Positions 43,401-57,560 are shown, counted from the stretch's first letter. The stretch: DNA of 64,000 nt from Eledone cirrhosa (GCA_964016885.1 OZ024763.1:27528001-27592000), one strand, 5' to 3'. Notes: generated by a model not told the origin, from the letters alone. A program made the numbers and translations.

Positions 43401-44867
43401 TAGCATTGGTGGACATAAGATGTCTTAGAGAATCGTCTCAGACAATTCTAGAAGGAAAAGTGCTAGGGAAGTCTTATTTTTGACAAGTTTGTTTCCTCTG
43501 GGTATATATTAGCATTGGTGGACATAAGATGTCTTAGAGAATCGTCTCAGACAATTTTAGAAGGAAAAGTGCGAGGGAAGTCTTATTTTTGACAAGTTTG
43601 TTTCCTCTGGGTATATATTAGCATTGGTGGACATAAGATGTCTTAGAGAATCGTCTCAGACAATTGTAGAAGGAAAAGTGCCATGGAAGTCTTATTTTTG
43701 ACAAGTTTGTTTCCTCTGGGTATATATTAGCATTGGTGGACATAAGATGTCTTAGAGAATCGTCTCAGACAATTCTAGAAGGAAAAGTACTAGGGAAGTC
43801 TTATTTTTGACAAGTTTGTTTCCTCTGGGTATATATTAGCATTGGTGGACATAAGATGTCTTAGAGAATCGTCTCAGACAATTCTAGAAGGAAAAGTGCT
43901 AGGGAAGTCTTATTTTTGACAAGTTTGTTTCCTCTGGGTATATATTAGCATTGGTGGACATAAGATGTCTTAGAGAATCGTCTCAGACAATTTTAGAAGG
44001 AAAAGTGCGAGGGAAGTCTTATTTTTGACAAGTTTGTTTCCTCTTGGTATATATTAGCATTGGTGGACATAAGATGTCTTAGAGAATCGTCTCAGACAAT
44101 TCTAGAAGGAAAAGTGCTAGGGAAGTCTTATTTTTGACAAGTTTGTTTCCTCTGGGTATATATTAGCATTGGTGGACATAAGATGTCTTAGAGAATCGTC
44201 TCAGACAATTTTAGAAGGAAAAGTGCGAGGGAAGTCTTATTTTTGACAAGTTTGTTTCCTCTGGGTATATATTAGCATTGGTGGACATAAGATGTCTTAG
44301 AGAATCGTCTCAGACAATTGTAGAAGGAAAAGTGCTAGGGAAGTCTTATTTTTGACAAGTTTGTTTCCTCTGGGTATATATTAGCATTGGTGGACATAAG
44401 ATGTCTTAGAGAATCGTCTCAGACAATTCTAGAAGGAAAAGTACTAGGGAAGTCTTATTTTTGACAAGTTTGTTTCCTCTGGGTATATATTAGCATTGGT
44501 GGACATAAGATGTCTTAGAGAATCGTCTCAGACAATTCTAGAAGGAAAAGTGCTAGGGAAGTCTTATTTTTGACAAGTTTGTTTCCTCTGGGTATATATT
44601 AGCATTGGTGGACATAAGATGTCTTAGAGAATCGTCTCAGACAATTCTAGAAGGAAAAGTGCTAGGGAAGTCTTATTTTTGACAAGTTTGTTTCCTCTGG
44701 GTATATATTAGCATTGGTGGACATAAGATGTCTTAGCGAATCGTCTCAGACAATTTTAGAAGGAAAAGTGCGAGGGAAGTCTTATTTTTGACAAGTTTGT
44801 TTCCTCTGGGTATATATTAGCATTGGTGGACATAAGATGTCTTAGAGAATCGTCTCAGACAATTCTA
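40476..44867. repeat. 109 bp satellite, 40 full copies plus a partial copy
   Basis: gatgtctta at 40476 + n*109 up to 44836; few variant sites and no spacers. Confidence 0.97.
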
Positions 44868-44911
44868 TACGGATTTTTCATTCGAATTATTTTCTTTAAT
44901 CTCAAACAATC

Positions 44912-45092
44912 TCTACTTTTGGCACAAGGCCAGCAATTTCCCCAGTGCAATACTGGTACTTTATTTTATCGACCCTGTAAGGATGAAAGGCAAAGTTAGT
45001 CTCGGCGGGATTTGAACGCAGACCCTAAAGGGCCGTAACTCTATGCTGCAAAACATGGCGTCCAAACCTCTACCGCTACTGCCAATCCACCA
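44912..45092 (-). mobile_element. SINE, same family as the 25470 trimer
   Basis: Reverse complement of the 194 bp unit; a further partial copy is at about 57950-58040. Confidence 0.85.
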
Positions 45093-45759
45093 CTCCTTTC
45101 TTCGCCCTTTTTTTTTCATTCGAATTATTTTCTTTAATCTCAAATAATATTCACTCCTTCCTTCCCTCCCCTTTTACATTCTCAACTGTTTTTCTTTCAC
45201 TAAACTAATTAATTTCTTTCTCTTTCCTCTTCATCTCAAAAATTTCTTCGTTCTTTTCTATCAATTATTTTTCAGTCAACAATTAAATTTTTCTTTCTTT
45301 CTCATGCATTTTTTTTTTTCATTTTCATTTAAAAACATTTTTCTTCTTCCACTTGAAATAATTTTTGCAATTTCATTCCTATTCATTTTCATTCAAATCC
45401 TGTATTTTTTTTCGTTCTTTTTGCTAGTCTTTTCTTCAGAGCCTTCATATCAGTGTTTCCTCTTTCGCATCAATGATTATTTACATCTAGTTTATATATA
45501 TATATATATTTTGTAAATTATTTTACTTATAATACCTGTTTAGTTTATATATATATATATATATGTATATATACTTTTATTCACTTTTATAGTTTCTTTC
45601 ATTCCCCTCTCTCGATCTTTTTTTCTTCGCTCCGCCATTTTGCACATCTGTTGTAACAGTTCACTCTTATCGCTCCCATCCGTCTTTTCCACATCGAGTT
45701 TTCATATTAAATTGTCGTTTTTATGTGTTTTTTCACTCTGTTCGAGTTTTGTATTTTTA

Positions 45760-46293
45760 TGCGTCTCTCACTCCCTCTCTCTTCTCCTCTTTCTTTCTTT
45801 TTTTTCTATCTCTCTTCTTGGGCCCCTCTCTCGCTTTCTCTTTGCTCTTTCTCTCTTTTTTCTATCTCTCTTCTTCCCCTCTCTCTCTCCTTCTCTCTCT
45901 TCTTCCACTCTCTCTCTTTTTGTCATCTCTCTTCTTCTCCTCTCTCCCTTTATCTCTTTTCTTCCCTCTCTCTTTTTTCTGTCTCTCTTCTGTCGCTCTC
46001 TCTCTTTTTCTCTCTCTCTCTTTCTCCTCTCTCTTCTCTCTCTCTTCTATGTCTTTTCTCATTCTCTCTTTTTTCTATCTCTCTTCTTCTCCTCGCTCCC
46101 TTTCTCTCTCTTCTTCCCCTCTCTTTTTTCTACCTCTCTTTTCCTCTCTCTTTTCTCTCTCTTCTCTATCATTTCTCATTCTCTCTCTTTCTTCTCATCC
46201 CCACTCTCTCTCCTCTCTCTCTCTCTCTTTCTCTCTCTCTCTTTCTCTTTTTTCACCCGGTTAATGTTTTGTTTTCATGCTTCTCACTCTCTC

Positions 46294-46359
<66 letters not shown>

Positions 46360-46473
46360 TCTTTCCCTCTCTCTATAACATACAATCTGTCTCTATCTTC
46401 TCTCTCTCTCTCTCTTCTCAGTCTCTCTCTTCCCTCTCTCTCTCTCTCTCTCTCTCTCTTCTCAGTCTCTCTC

Positions 46474-46504
<31 letters not shown>

Positions 46505-47429
46505 TTTTCTCAGTCTCTCTCTTCTCTCTCTCTCTCCCTCTTTCTCTCTCTCTCTCTCTCTCTCTTCCCCTCTCCCTCTCTACTCTCAATCTCACTCTGT
46601 CAATCTCTTAATTTCTCCTTCTCTCCCTTTCTCCCTCGCCCCCATCCTTTCTCCCCTCTCCACCTGATCGCTCTCTCATTTATCATTATCATTATTATTA
46701 TTACATTATAATATATATATTTTTTACACTATTCTATTTATGTTTAATCTTGAAGTAATTAAATTGTCCAAGGTCTCTGCTCTATCAGCTTTAAGCTTGA
46801 AGGAATTTCTTTCCCTTCTACCGAATCAAGTAAGCATTTGTCAACCCTCCAAGCAAGAGGTTTAACCATTATTTAATTCCACCGTGAAAGTCATTCAAAG
46901 TTTAAAGATTACAATAACAACAACAACAACAATAACAGTAACTAAAGCGGCAGCAGCAGCAGCAGCAGCAACAACAACAACAACAACAACAACAATAACA
47001 GTAGCAACAGCAGTAACAGTAGTAGTAACAATTACTACAGCGACAACAACTGCTTCAACAACAATAACTACAGTAGCAACAACAACAACAGCAACAACAG
47101 CATCAACAGTAACTACAGCAGCAACAGCAACAACAACAATAACAACAACAACAATAACAGTAGCAACAGCAGTAACAGTAGTAACAATTACTACAGCGAC
47201 AACAACTGCTTCAACAACAATAACTACAGTAGCAACAACAACAGCAACAACAGTAACTACAGCAACAACAACAACAACAACAACAGTAACTACAGCAGCA
47301 ACAACAACAACAACAACAACGATAACTACAACAGCAGCAGCAACAACAAAAACAACAATAACTACAGCAGCAGCAGCAACAACAACAACAACAGTAACAG
47401 CAGAAGCAACAACAATAACGAGAACAGCA

Positions 47430-47472
<43 letters not shown>

Positions 47473-47483
47473 TTACTACTACA

Positions 47484-47531
<48 letters not shown>

Positions 47532-47980
47532 GCTACTGCAACAGCAACTATTGTAACAAAATCAGCAACAACAGCAATAACAATAAGAAGAACAAAAATA
47601 TCAATTATAAGATGAAGAAGAAGAGGAAGAAGAAAAAAGAAGAAAAAGAAAAAGAGAAAGAGGAAGAAGAGGAAGAAAAAGAAGCAGAGAAAGAGGAAAA
47701 AGACGAAAAAGGAAAAGGATTTTAAAAAGAAGAAAAAGAAGCAGAAACAAGAAGAAGAAGAAAAAGGAGAAGAAGAAAACGAAGAAGAAGAAGGCAAGAA
47801 GAAGAAGAAGAAGAAGAAGAAGAAGAAGAAGAAAAACAAGACGAAAAGAGAAAAGAAGATGAAAAAGAAAAAGAAGAATAAGAAGAAAAAGACGAAAAGG
47901 AAAAAGGAGATGATGATGATGATGATGAAAAAGAAGAGGAAGAAGAAGAAGAAAAAGCAAAAGAAGAAGGAGAAGAAAAT
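45760..47980. repeat. Successive CT-rich, (CAA/CAG/CTA)n and GAA-rich low-complexity tracts
   Basis: Read directly: about 45760-46665, 46910-47590 and 47610-47980. Confidence 0.9.
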
Positions 47981-48420
47981 GGTCTCTCCTTCATCCTATG
48001 AACCATATTTCAACAGATAAAATAAATCCATTAAAAAGATGAACGCCCAAGAAGTAAACTATGTCAAGCAAACTAAGGAGTTGATGTGTCGCCATGAGTT
48101 GAAGAGATAAGGAAAAGAAGGGAGGTAACTCGCCTCTAGAGGTAGACACAGGAAGCAAGCCATTTCTACCTCCTTATCGATGAAGCATTGAAGTGTTTCA
48201 TCATTCTTCCATATTTTTTTTTTTGTCTTTGTTTTGTTTTGGGTTTTGCGTTAAATTATTATTGTTTTTAGAGGGCTGCGTCTTGACAGAAAGGGTATTT
48301 TCGTGAACTCTGCCTATATATTTCTTTATTCGTTCCTCTCACTCTTTCTCTTCTCTTAGCCTCTGTCTATCTCTCTGTCTGTCTCTCTGTCCGTTTGTCC
48401 TCTTTGTCTCTCTTTCTCTC

Positions 48421-48487
<67 letters not shown>

Positions 48488-48702
48488 TTCAACTGCTCTT
48501 TCTTTTTCCCTTTTTCTCTTACTGTATATATATTCAGACGCGCGTATATCTATATATATCTCTCTATATATGCATATGTTACACGCACACACATACACAC
48601 ACACAAGGTAAAAGACTACTTGTCAACAATATCTTTTGCATTTGCATTCTTTATTCTATGTCCATACCTGCATTGTTTTGGCTTTATTATACATATTCAA
48701 AC

Positions 48703-48751
<49 letters not shown>

Positions 48752-48753
<2 letters not shown>

Positions 48754-48959
48754 ATATATATTTAATATAAAAATGGCTTCTACAGGACTAGAACTGTTTC
48801 ATTCGGGAGAAACCATCAGAACGCCCAGGGCTTCCTGGTAATTTCTCTCGAATGAAACAGTTCTAGTCCTGTAGAAGCCATTTCTATATTAAATATTTAT
48901 ACTCTGTTATGTATTGAGTACCCTACTTATTGTGGTTACCCCCGATTGAATCCGGGATA

Positions 48960-48962
<3 letters not shown>
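48752..48962 (+). mobile_element. PLE-type hairpin-plus-tail in (TA)n with a degenerate hammerhead
   Basis: Arms aaatggcttctacaggactagaactgtttcattcg and its reverse complement. The minus strand reads ctgatgg...gaaac...gtc; the tail contains ttgagtac. Confidence 0.6.
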
Positions 48963-49026
<64 letters not shown>

Positions 49027-49030
<4 letters not shown>

Positions 49031-49397
49031 GTTTGAATATGTATAATAAAGCCAAAACAATGCAGGTATGGACATAGAATAAAGAATGCAAATGCAAAAG
49101 ATATTGTTGACAAGTAGTCTTTTACCTTAGATTTATTTAAATGTCCTTAATTTTCGAGATAATATCTCTTCTTCTGAAGAAGAGATATTATCTCGAAAAT
49201 TAAGGACATTTAAGATATTATCTAAAAAATTAAGGACATTTAAATAAATCTAAGGTAAAAGACTAATTGTCAATAATATCTTTTGCATTTGCATTCTTTA
49301 TTCTATGTCTATACCTGCATTGTTTTGGCTTTATTATACATATTCAAACGTTTATACCTCATGACACAATGCTTCAAGTGAACTATAACCTCCTCCA
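49027..49397 (+). mobile_element. PLE-type hairpin (~148 bp arms) plus tail, with a minimal hammerhead at the apex
   Basis: Palindrome centred at 49175; ctt-CTGAAGA-a-gaga(tatta)tctc-GAAAATTA-agg at 49171-49205. A third copy of the distal arm is at 48604-48706. Confidence 0.75.
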
Positions 49398-49464
49398 TAT
49401 ATATATATATATATATGTATGAACAAAGAAGCGACAAATTTATTTACTTATTTATTACTGATAA

Positions 49465-49875
49465 GGATGTGATGTCTTTGAGAAAAACCGAGTGAAGCAT
49501 GCTGTTTTAAAGCGTTCACTTCGTAAGCAGGATTTAAGTGCAATGCCTGCAAAAATTCAGCAAGATTTGAGGTGCAATGTATGTCACCGATTTCTTCTAA
49601 CAAGAGCTGATTTTGTTACCCATCTGAAATCACACGAGCCGGGGTGAAATTGAGTGAACTGTGAGATGGTTATACCACCGCACACTCCACTGCATATTTA
49701 CAGTGAGTGCAGCTTAATTTACAAGCCAGCAAGTGGTCTGACCTGACATGGTAAATTGCATGAAGACACACACCAGTTGGTATTGGTGGGAGACAGACAG
49801 TTCAAGTGCCACATCTGTGAACGTACCTACAAACAAAAGCCGGACTGCAAGGTCGCATGCGTGCACATGATCTTT
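49465..49875 (+). pseudogene. RTE-type LINE C-terminus with C2H2 zinc fingers
   Basis: GCDVFEKNRVKHAVLKRSLRK...CNVCHRFLLTRADFVTHLKSHE...FKCHICERTYK(fs)KAGLQGRMRAH; same architecture as 14788. Confidence 0.7.
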
Positions 49876-50104
49876 CAGTCGTGCAATGGAGGGATGGTAC
49901 TCTTCTGACAAGAATTAACCATAAACACCCCCCCCCCCCCCCACACACACAGACACACACACATATATATATATATTTTATAAGTTTAAACTATATATAT
50001 CGCTATATATTTGGTATGCATCGATTAAACTTAAATTTAGTTTATCTATATATATATAAATGTATATATATATATAAATATAAATATATATACATACATA
50101 CGTA

Positions 50105-50158
<54 letters not shown>

Positions 50159-50163
<5 letters not shown>

Positions 50164-50482
50164 AGTTTATGTTGGTTGTATACCAACACCTCAGTATGCA
50201 GGCTGGAGCACTCGACGAAGTGCGCAGGTTGGTTTGGTTACTCCGGAGTAGTGTAAAATAAAGTTAAATAAAAGTCAAATGATTAAAATTTAGCTTCGTT
50301 TATTACTGCTATATATATTTCAGTGACAGCCATCTTTGGCTGTGACCTCTTCAGGCAGTTTGAATTAGTAATTACTAATTCAAACTGCCTGAAGAGGTCA
50401 CAGCCAAAGATGGCTGTCACTGAAATATATATAGCAGTAATAAACGAAGCTAAATTTTAATCATTTGACTTTTATTTAACTT

Positions 50483-50489
<7 letters not shown>
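50159..50489 (-). mobile_element. Second copy of the 30069 PLE end with shorter arms (~118 bp); hammerheads at 50305-50359 (-) and 50384-50438 (+)
   Basis: Same tail and same outer boundary as 30069-30620; apex ttagta-at-tactaa at about 50371. Confidence 0.85.
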
Positions 50490-50556
<67 letters not shown>

Positions 50557-50557
<1 letters not shown>

Positions 50558-50747
50558 ACGAAGGAAATGTGGTAAGGAACCAGGTGGACCATAACGCACC
50601 AAAGTACTCAATACTTAGGGTAGTAGAGTGGGTAATAGGAACGAGTAGGACCCCGACGGCTGAGCTCAAGCCGTTTCGACGGCTAATTCTGAGTCCAGAA
50701 TTAGCCGTCGAAACGGCTTGAGCTCAGGCGTCGGGGTCCTACTCGTT

Positions 50748-50752
<5 letters not shown>
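50557..50752 (-). mobile_element. PLE-type tail plus hairpin holding the 3' half of a hammerhead with a long stem III
   Basis: Palindrome 50635-50752. The minus strand reads GAAACGGCT-tgagctc-AGCCGTC-gggg; CUGANGA is absent. Confidence 0.7.
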
Positions 50753-50812
<60 letters not shown>

Positions 50813-50987
50813 TCTTTTACCTGTTCCAGCCATCCGGACAGGAGGCTGGGCTGGTGAAATTGCAACAAGATTCAACATAAACGAAGATCGATAAGTTGCA
50901 TAACGTCGAGTGCTTTTCTTAATATTACATCACGGTTGACTATACGAAATGACAAGTTCTATCCAGTGGTGAACCAACAAACTTAAA

Positions 50988-51018
<31 letters not shown>

Positions 51019-51376
51019 CTAGGGAGTGTAACTTGGAGTTACTGCAGGTTCACCAGGGGGAGCACTCGATGTTTAGGTTCACTTCTGTGATGAGGTGTAG
51101 AGCTATACAGAGTGTAATATATTGAAAGGATAACAAGGACGATTGGTTACTCCTTCATTACATTTATTGGTAGGTGACGCACGTTTCGCCACTAATCAGC
51201 TCAAGGTTCGATCTGCATTGATCTTACCCGTTAACCATCTGAAATCGTCGAACTGCCGATTATTGAGTCGGGTAAGGTCGATGCAGATCGAACCTTGGGC
51301 TGATCAGTGGCGAAACGCGCGTCACCTACCAATAAATGTAATGAAGGAATAACCAATCGTCCTTGTTACCCTTTCA

Positions 51377-51380
<4 letters not shown>
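51019..51380 (-). mobile_element. PLE-type tail plus inverted repeat (~110 bp arms) with a hammerhead 3' half
   Basis: Arms 51119-51230 and 51269-51380; GAAAC-gcgc-GTC at 51312-51323; the tail has gcactcga at 51062. Confidence 0.7.
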
Positions 51381-51419
<39 letters not shown>

Positions 51420-51422
51420 CAC

Positions 51423-51453
<31 letters not shown>

Positions 51454-51880
51454 TACGTATATCTTATATAAACTGTCTCTGTTATATCTAAATATATTCT
51501 TTGAACAACTGTTATGGTATTTACGACTATTTCCTTATAATTCTCGAAAGACTATAAGGATCGTAAATATTTTTCAGACATATGAATTTATACATATTCC
51601 TAAAATCTTGTATGAATCTTGTGTGTATCTTGGTACGTATATATCAATAGTGTCAATACTATTCTAATATTCTGCAGTTCTACAGTTTAATTCCCAGAAG
51701 AATGTATATCCATGATTGCTTCGTGTTATCTCCCAAGAGCTATTCAAATATCTGTTGCTTCATTCCCAGCATAAGTTATCGTAGGCGAAATTTTGTAAAC
51801 AAATTTTATATTCGGAAATTATGCCACACTTTCAGCAAGCAAACCTATGGAACTACCTCCTTTCTAAAACAGCGTCTGAG

Positions 51881-52002
<122 letters not shown>

Positions 52003-52007
52003 GTATA

Positions 52008-52107
<100 letters not shown>

Positions 52108-52108
52108 A

Positions 52109-52142
<34 letters not shown>

Positions 52143-52255
52143 GTGCGTGTGTGGCTTGTGCATGTGTGCGCTTTAGTACATGTTTGTATGTGTTCGTATT
52201 TGTGTGTATATATATATATGTGTATGTGTGTGTGTGTATATACGTGAGTGTGTAT

Positions 52256-52327
<72 letters not shown>

Positions 52328-52374
52328 TTATTTTATTTTATATATATATGTGTGTGTGTGTGTATATTTGTATT

Positions 52375-52406
<32 letters not shown>

Positions 52407-52472
52407 AATATATATGTATATATATATATATTTAATATATACATATACACACATATATATATAATTATATAA

Positions 52473-52592
<120 letters not shown>

Positions 52593-52912
52593 GTATATAT
52601 ATAAATACACACACACACACATACAAACACATACATACAACACACACACACACACACACACACTACACACACACACACACATATATATATACATATATAT
52701 AAATTCTTATTGCCGGACCATCGATATTAATGAATATGCAAATATTATACAGCAGAGGGAATGTAGTTCGGAATATATTAAAGTTTCTATTTAAATCGAT
52801 AGCAAATCTTGTGTTATAAGCTAGCTTGGCGATATTTGTCTTAGTATTTCAAAACTCGGAACTGAATGAATTCTTCATATGAAGACTTACAAGAATAAGG
52901 AGGAAAAACCAA

Positions 52913-53095
<183 letters not shown>

Positions 53096-53262
53096 ATATA
53101 TATATATATATATATATAAATGTCGAAGTGATGTTGTCTCAATGACAACGATATGGTCAAGGTTAAAACCAGCGTTGAATATCACTTCTACTCTCTCGCC
53201 CCCCTCTCTCTCTCTCTCTCTATATATATATATTTTTGTATATGTATATATATGTATATGTA

Positions 53263-53311
<49 letters not shown>

Positions 53312-53358
53312 GTGTATATATATATATGTATATATATATATGTATTTATATATATATG

Positions 53359-53409
<51 letters not shown>

Positions 53410-53485
53410 ATATATACACACATATATATGTATATATATACACACATATATATGTATATATATACACACATATATATGTATATAT

Positions 53486-53533
<48 letters not shown>

Positions 53534-53919
53534 ATACAGATGCTTACATACTTAAACAGATACCTGTACACACATACACACATACATACACACACACATA
53601 CACACACACATAAACGCATACACAAGTACACACATGCAAACAGAAACGCTTACGTACACACGTACATATATACATACATAAAAACATACATACACCACAT
53701 ATATATATATATATATACATACATGCATAAACACATACATACATTCATTCATACATACATACATACATACATACATACATACATACATACATACATACAT
53801 ACATACATACACACTTACATACATACATACATACATACTTACATACATACATACATACATACTTACATACATCCATACATCCATACATACATACATCCAT
53901 ACATACATACACCCATACA

Positions 53920-53953
<34 letters not shown>

Positions 53954-53986
53954 CATACATACATACATACATACACACATACATAC

Positions 53987-54017
<31 letters not shown>

Positions 54018-54189
54018 CATACATACATACATACATACATACATCCATACATACATACATACATCCATCCATCCATACATACATACATACATACATACAT
54101 ACATACATACATACATACATACATACATACATACATACATACCTTGCTTCATACATACATTCATACACACATATTTACTAAGAGTATAT

Positions 54190-54520
54190 ATAACATTGTA
54201 CACGCCAGGCTGCACATATTCAAAAGACTTACGCTGGAAAGAAGTCACTCCTTCAATATTTCGTTCCCTCTTTTTAAAGCAACGTGTTACAGCATATGCT
54301 TCACACATAGAACATTAATAATTTCATTACAAAGCCAGTGATGAATGTCGCCATTTATATAATATAGTTTGGAGAGCATAGCGAATATCCTGCGGATTCG
54401 CTTGGTAAGATAGAATTTTAATTTCCTGGTAAGTTCCCCAGGTTTCTGGATAGTTCCTGGAAGAAAATTTATAAAATTCTCCAAGGTTCGTTCTGCATAA
54501 TTTATCATGCAATTCCTTGA
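54190..54520 (-). pseudogene. Possible decayed hAT transposase C-terminal fragment
   Basis: NLGEFYKF(fs)LP and LCE....F.K in shifted frames, loosely like the hATC dimerisation domain. Confidence 0.3.
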
Positions 54521-54630
54521 AGGGATTTTTCTGAACGTCTTAGCGTTCGTCTTATTGATGTATTAACGTGTTATTGCTGTCGATAAGATTTTTCGGTAGG
54601 TAATCGTATCGGCAATATGACAGATTATCT

Positions 54631-55345
54631 ATATCTATAACTATATTTATATCTATATCTATATGTATATATCCATGTCTATATATCTATGTCTATATCT
54701 ATAACTATATTTATATCTATATCTATATGTATATATCTATGTCTATATATCTATGTCTATATCTGTAACTATATTTATATCTATATCTATATGTATATAT
54801 CCATGTCTATATATCTATGTCTATATCTATAACTATATTTATATCTATATCTATATGTATATATCTATGTCTATATATCTATGTCTATATCTGTAACTAT
54901 ATTTATATCTATATCTATATGTATATATCCATGTCTATATATCTATGTCTATATCTGTAACTATATTTATATCTATATCTATATGTATATATCCATGTCT
55001 ATATATCTATGTCTATATCTATAACTATATTTATATCTATATCTATATGTATATATCCATGTCTATATATCTATGTCTATATCTGTAACTATATTTATAT
55101 CTATATCTATATGTATATATCTATGTCTATATATCTATGTCTATATCTATAACTATATTTATATCTATATCTATATGTATATATCCATGTCTATATATCT
55201 ATGTCTATATCTGTAACTATATTTATATCTATATCTATATGTATATATCCATGTCTATATATCTATGTCTATATCTGTAACTATATTTATATCTATATCT
55301 ATATGTATATATCTATGTCTATATATGTATGTCTATATCTGTAGC
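54631..55345. repeat. 64 bp AT-rich minisatellite, about 11 copies
   Basis: taactatattt every 64 bp from about 54638 to 55278. Confidence 0.9.
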
Positions 55346-55671
55346 TATATTTATATCATACCTATATATTTATCTATACATATATTTATGTCTCTATCTA
55401 TATCTATATCCTGATATACATATATCTATATACATATATCTATATACATATATCTATATACATATATCTATAACTATATCTATACATATAAATATATCGC
55501 TATCTCTATCTATATCTCTATATCTATATCTATCTCTAAGTCTATAACTATATCTATATTTTTACATATATCTATATATATATATCTCTGTAAGTGGCCG
55601 TCTGTCAGTCTCTCTCTCTGCATTTATCTCTGTCTTCCTGCCAATCTACCTACTTAGCTACCTGCTTACGT

Positions 55672-56951
55672 CTCAAACAACCAGCGGAGGGCTAGGAATG
55701 CCGTAGTTGATGATGCGCAAACTTGCGCTGAGGCTATTCTTCACCGACCCCCAAACGGTGTGGGCACCGTTTGTGAGACAGGCCTTCCCGCAACTTGTCT
55801 CGCTGACAGAGCTGCAGTCATGGGTCAAGCGCAGACCGAAGAAGATGGGCGCCTGGCACATTGAATGCGCTCAGGCGCTCACAGTCCTCTGTCAAGCGGG
55901 CACGGCAATCAGTGGAGACTCCACTTCGACATTCTATAGAGGGTTAGTACGTCACAAGGACGACGACCTGCTCGGAGAAATACTGGGCGTCGAAGACGTC
56001 GAGCTCACCAGTCTGTTTGGTAGGACTTTCCGCCCGGGATATGGACAACTTCCAGAGGTCCCTGGCCTGGCAGTGCTACCGAGGAGCGCTACCAGTTCGA
56101 GATAAGATCTACAGGCACGGACGCCCCGGCAGAGATCCTTCCAAGAGGACGTGTCCAAGATGCGAGCAGGACATTGAAACCGTCTTGCACGCAATTGTAC
56201 ACTTCCCGGGCGTAACTGACCTGTGGAACTACGCAGAACAACTGCTGTTGCGTATGGGACAAATCCAGTTGACTGCCGAGTCCATAGTAAGGTTCAAACC
56301 GCCAACTTATTTCAAAAACGAAAGAGAGGCGGTTTTCCTCTGTATAGTGGCTATGGTGAAAGAGGTTATGTGGTGGACGAGATTGAGAGGACTGAGGATA
56401 GATGCCTTTCTCTCCGGACAACAACTCATTCCCTTCTTTAGGTACCACTTTAGAAGGAGAATCAGAGTGGAGAGAGAGGCACTGCACCCCAGTAAATTTA
56501 CTGAAAGGTGGGTGAATGTAGCAAAAATGGCCCGAGTGACTGGGCCTTCTCTGCATATAAATCTGTAAGTTGAATAAGAGAGCAAAAGAAAGAAAGGAGC
56601 ACTTGCACAACACGCTCCTGAAGTTGAGGGTTGTTTTATCGACGGGGTATTAAACAAACCATTTGTGGCGCCTCACCCCTATTGAGGATTTCGATTGTTA
56701 AATACGTTTGTTTCGATATGTTTACACGACTGTATGTAAAATTTCCCGGCATGTCTCTTTGTTTTGTCCCCTTTTCTTGTGCGCCCGTGTGGCAAATAAA
56801 GAAATATATCTATCTACGGAGTATAAAACAACCCATTTGTAACGCCTCGTCACTATTGGGGATTTCGATTGTTGAATTTGTATGTAAAATCCCCTGCATA
56901 TGTCTTTGTATTGTCCCGTTTTCTCGTGCGCCCTTGTGGCAAATAAAGAAA
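55672..56951 (+). mobile_element. 5'-truncated Tx1/L1-like LINE: ORF2 C-terminus with a zf-RVT-like finger and a partly duplicated 3'UTR
   Basis: GGLGMP*L, a frameshift near 56030, SLAWQCYRGALPVRDK, CPRCEQDIETVLHAIVH, F.ERW and a stop at 56568. The terminus gtggcaaataaagaaat occurs twice (about 56800 and 56950). Confidence 0.85.
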
Positions 56952-56987
56952 TCTATTTATCTATTTACTTACTTACTTACCTACCTA

Positions 56988-57063
<76 letters not shown>

Positions 57064-57067
57064 CTTG

Positions 57068-57110
<43 letters not shown>

Positions 57111-57169
57111 GCATATTTATATATATATGTGTGTGTGTGTGAGTGTATAGAACATCAACTGCATTAATC

Positions 57170-57560
57170 ACTCCTGTCTAAGAGAGCTTCAGAAGGCTAT
57201 GGGCACTGCAACTTTCCTCTAGATCTTCCAAATAAAATGAAAAAAAAAAATGTGAAACCAAACGAAAAGTCTTCTACACATCCGACCACATGATATCCAC
57301 ACAAACAGACTTCTGAACGCTATACAACTCATATATATTAAATACAAGCCAGAAAAAAAAAATTATAAAAAAAAACTACCGTTAGCACATACATACATCA
57401 CAGTGAAAGAAGAAACACAGTAAATAGCAACAGGTTTGCAGATAGAAGTTAGCACGAGATGCTTTGAAAGGCAACGACCATACATCACGCTTAAAGACCA
57501 CAAAACAAATTTCTTGAGAGCCTTCAATGTAAACTTACTACGCCTAAATCGCCCGGAAAT
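57170..57560 (+). pseudogene. Decayed PLE reverse transcriptase N-terminal fragment (Naiad-like)
   Basis: IATGLQIE...PYITLKDHKTNF...CKL..PKS fits the ITLKDHK.NF...CRLINP.KS motif of invertebrate PLE RTs. Confidence 0.6.

Noticed and set aside
40476-44867. CRISPR-like array
   Set aside because: Contiguous near-identical 109 bp units, no unique spacers, no cas genes and a eukaryotic context.
46884-47615. Mucin-like Thr/Ala ORF (also 12584-13183 and 58512-58886)
   Set aside because: Degenerate (CAA)n tracts open in several frames with no flanking domain or evident splice context.
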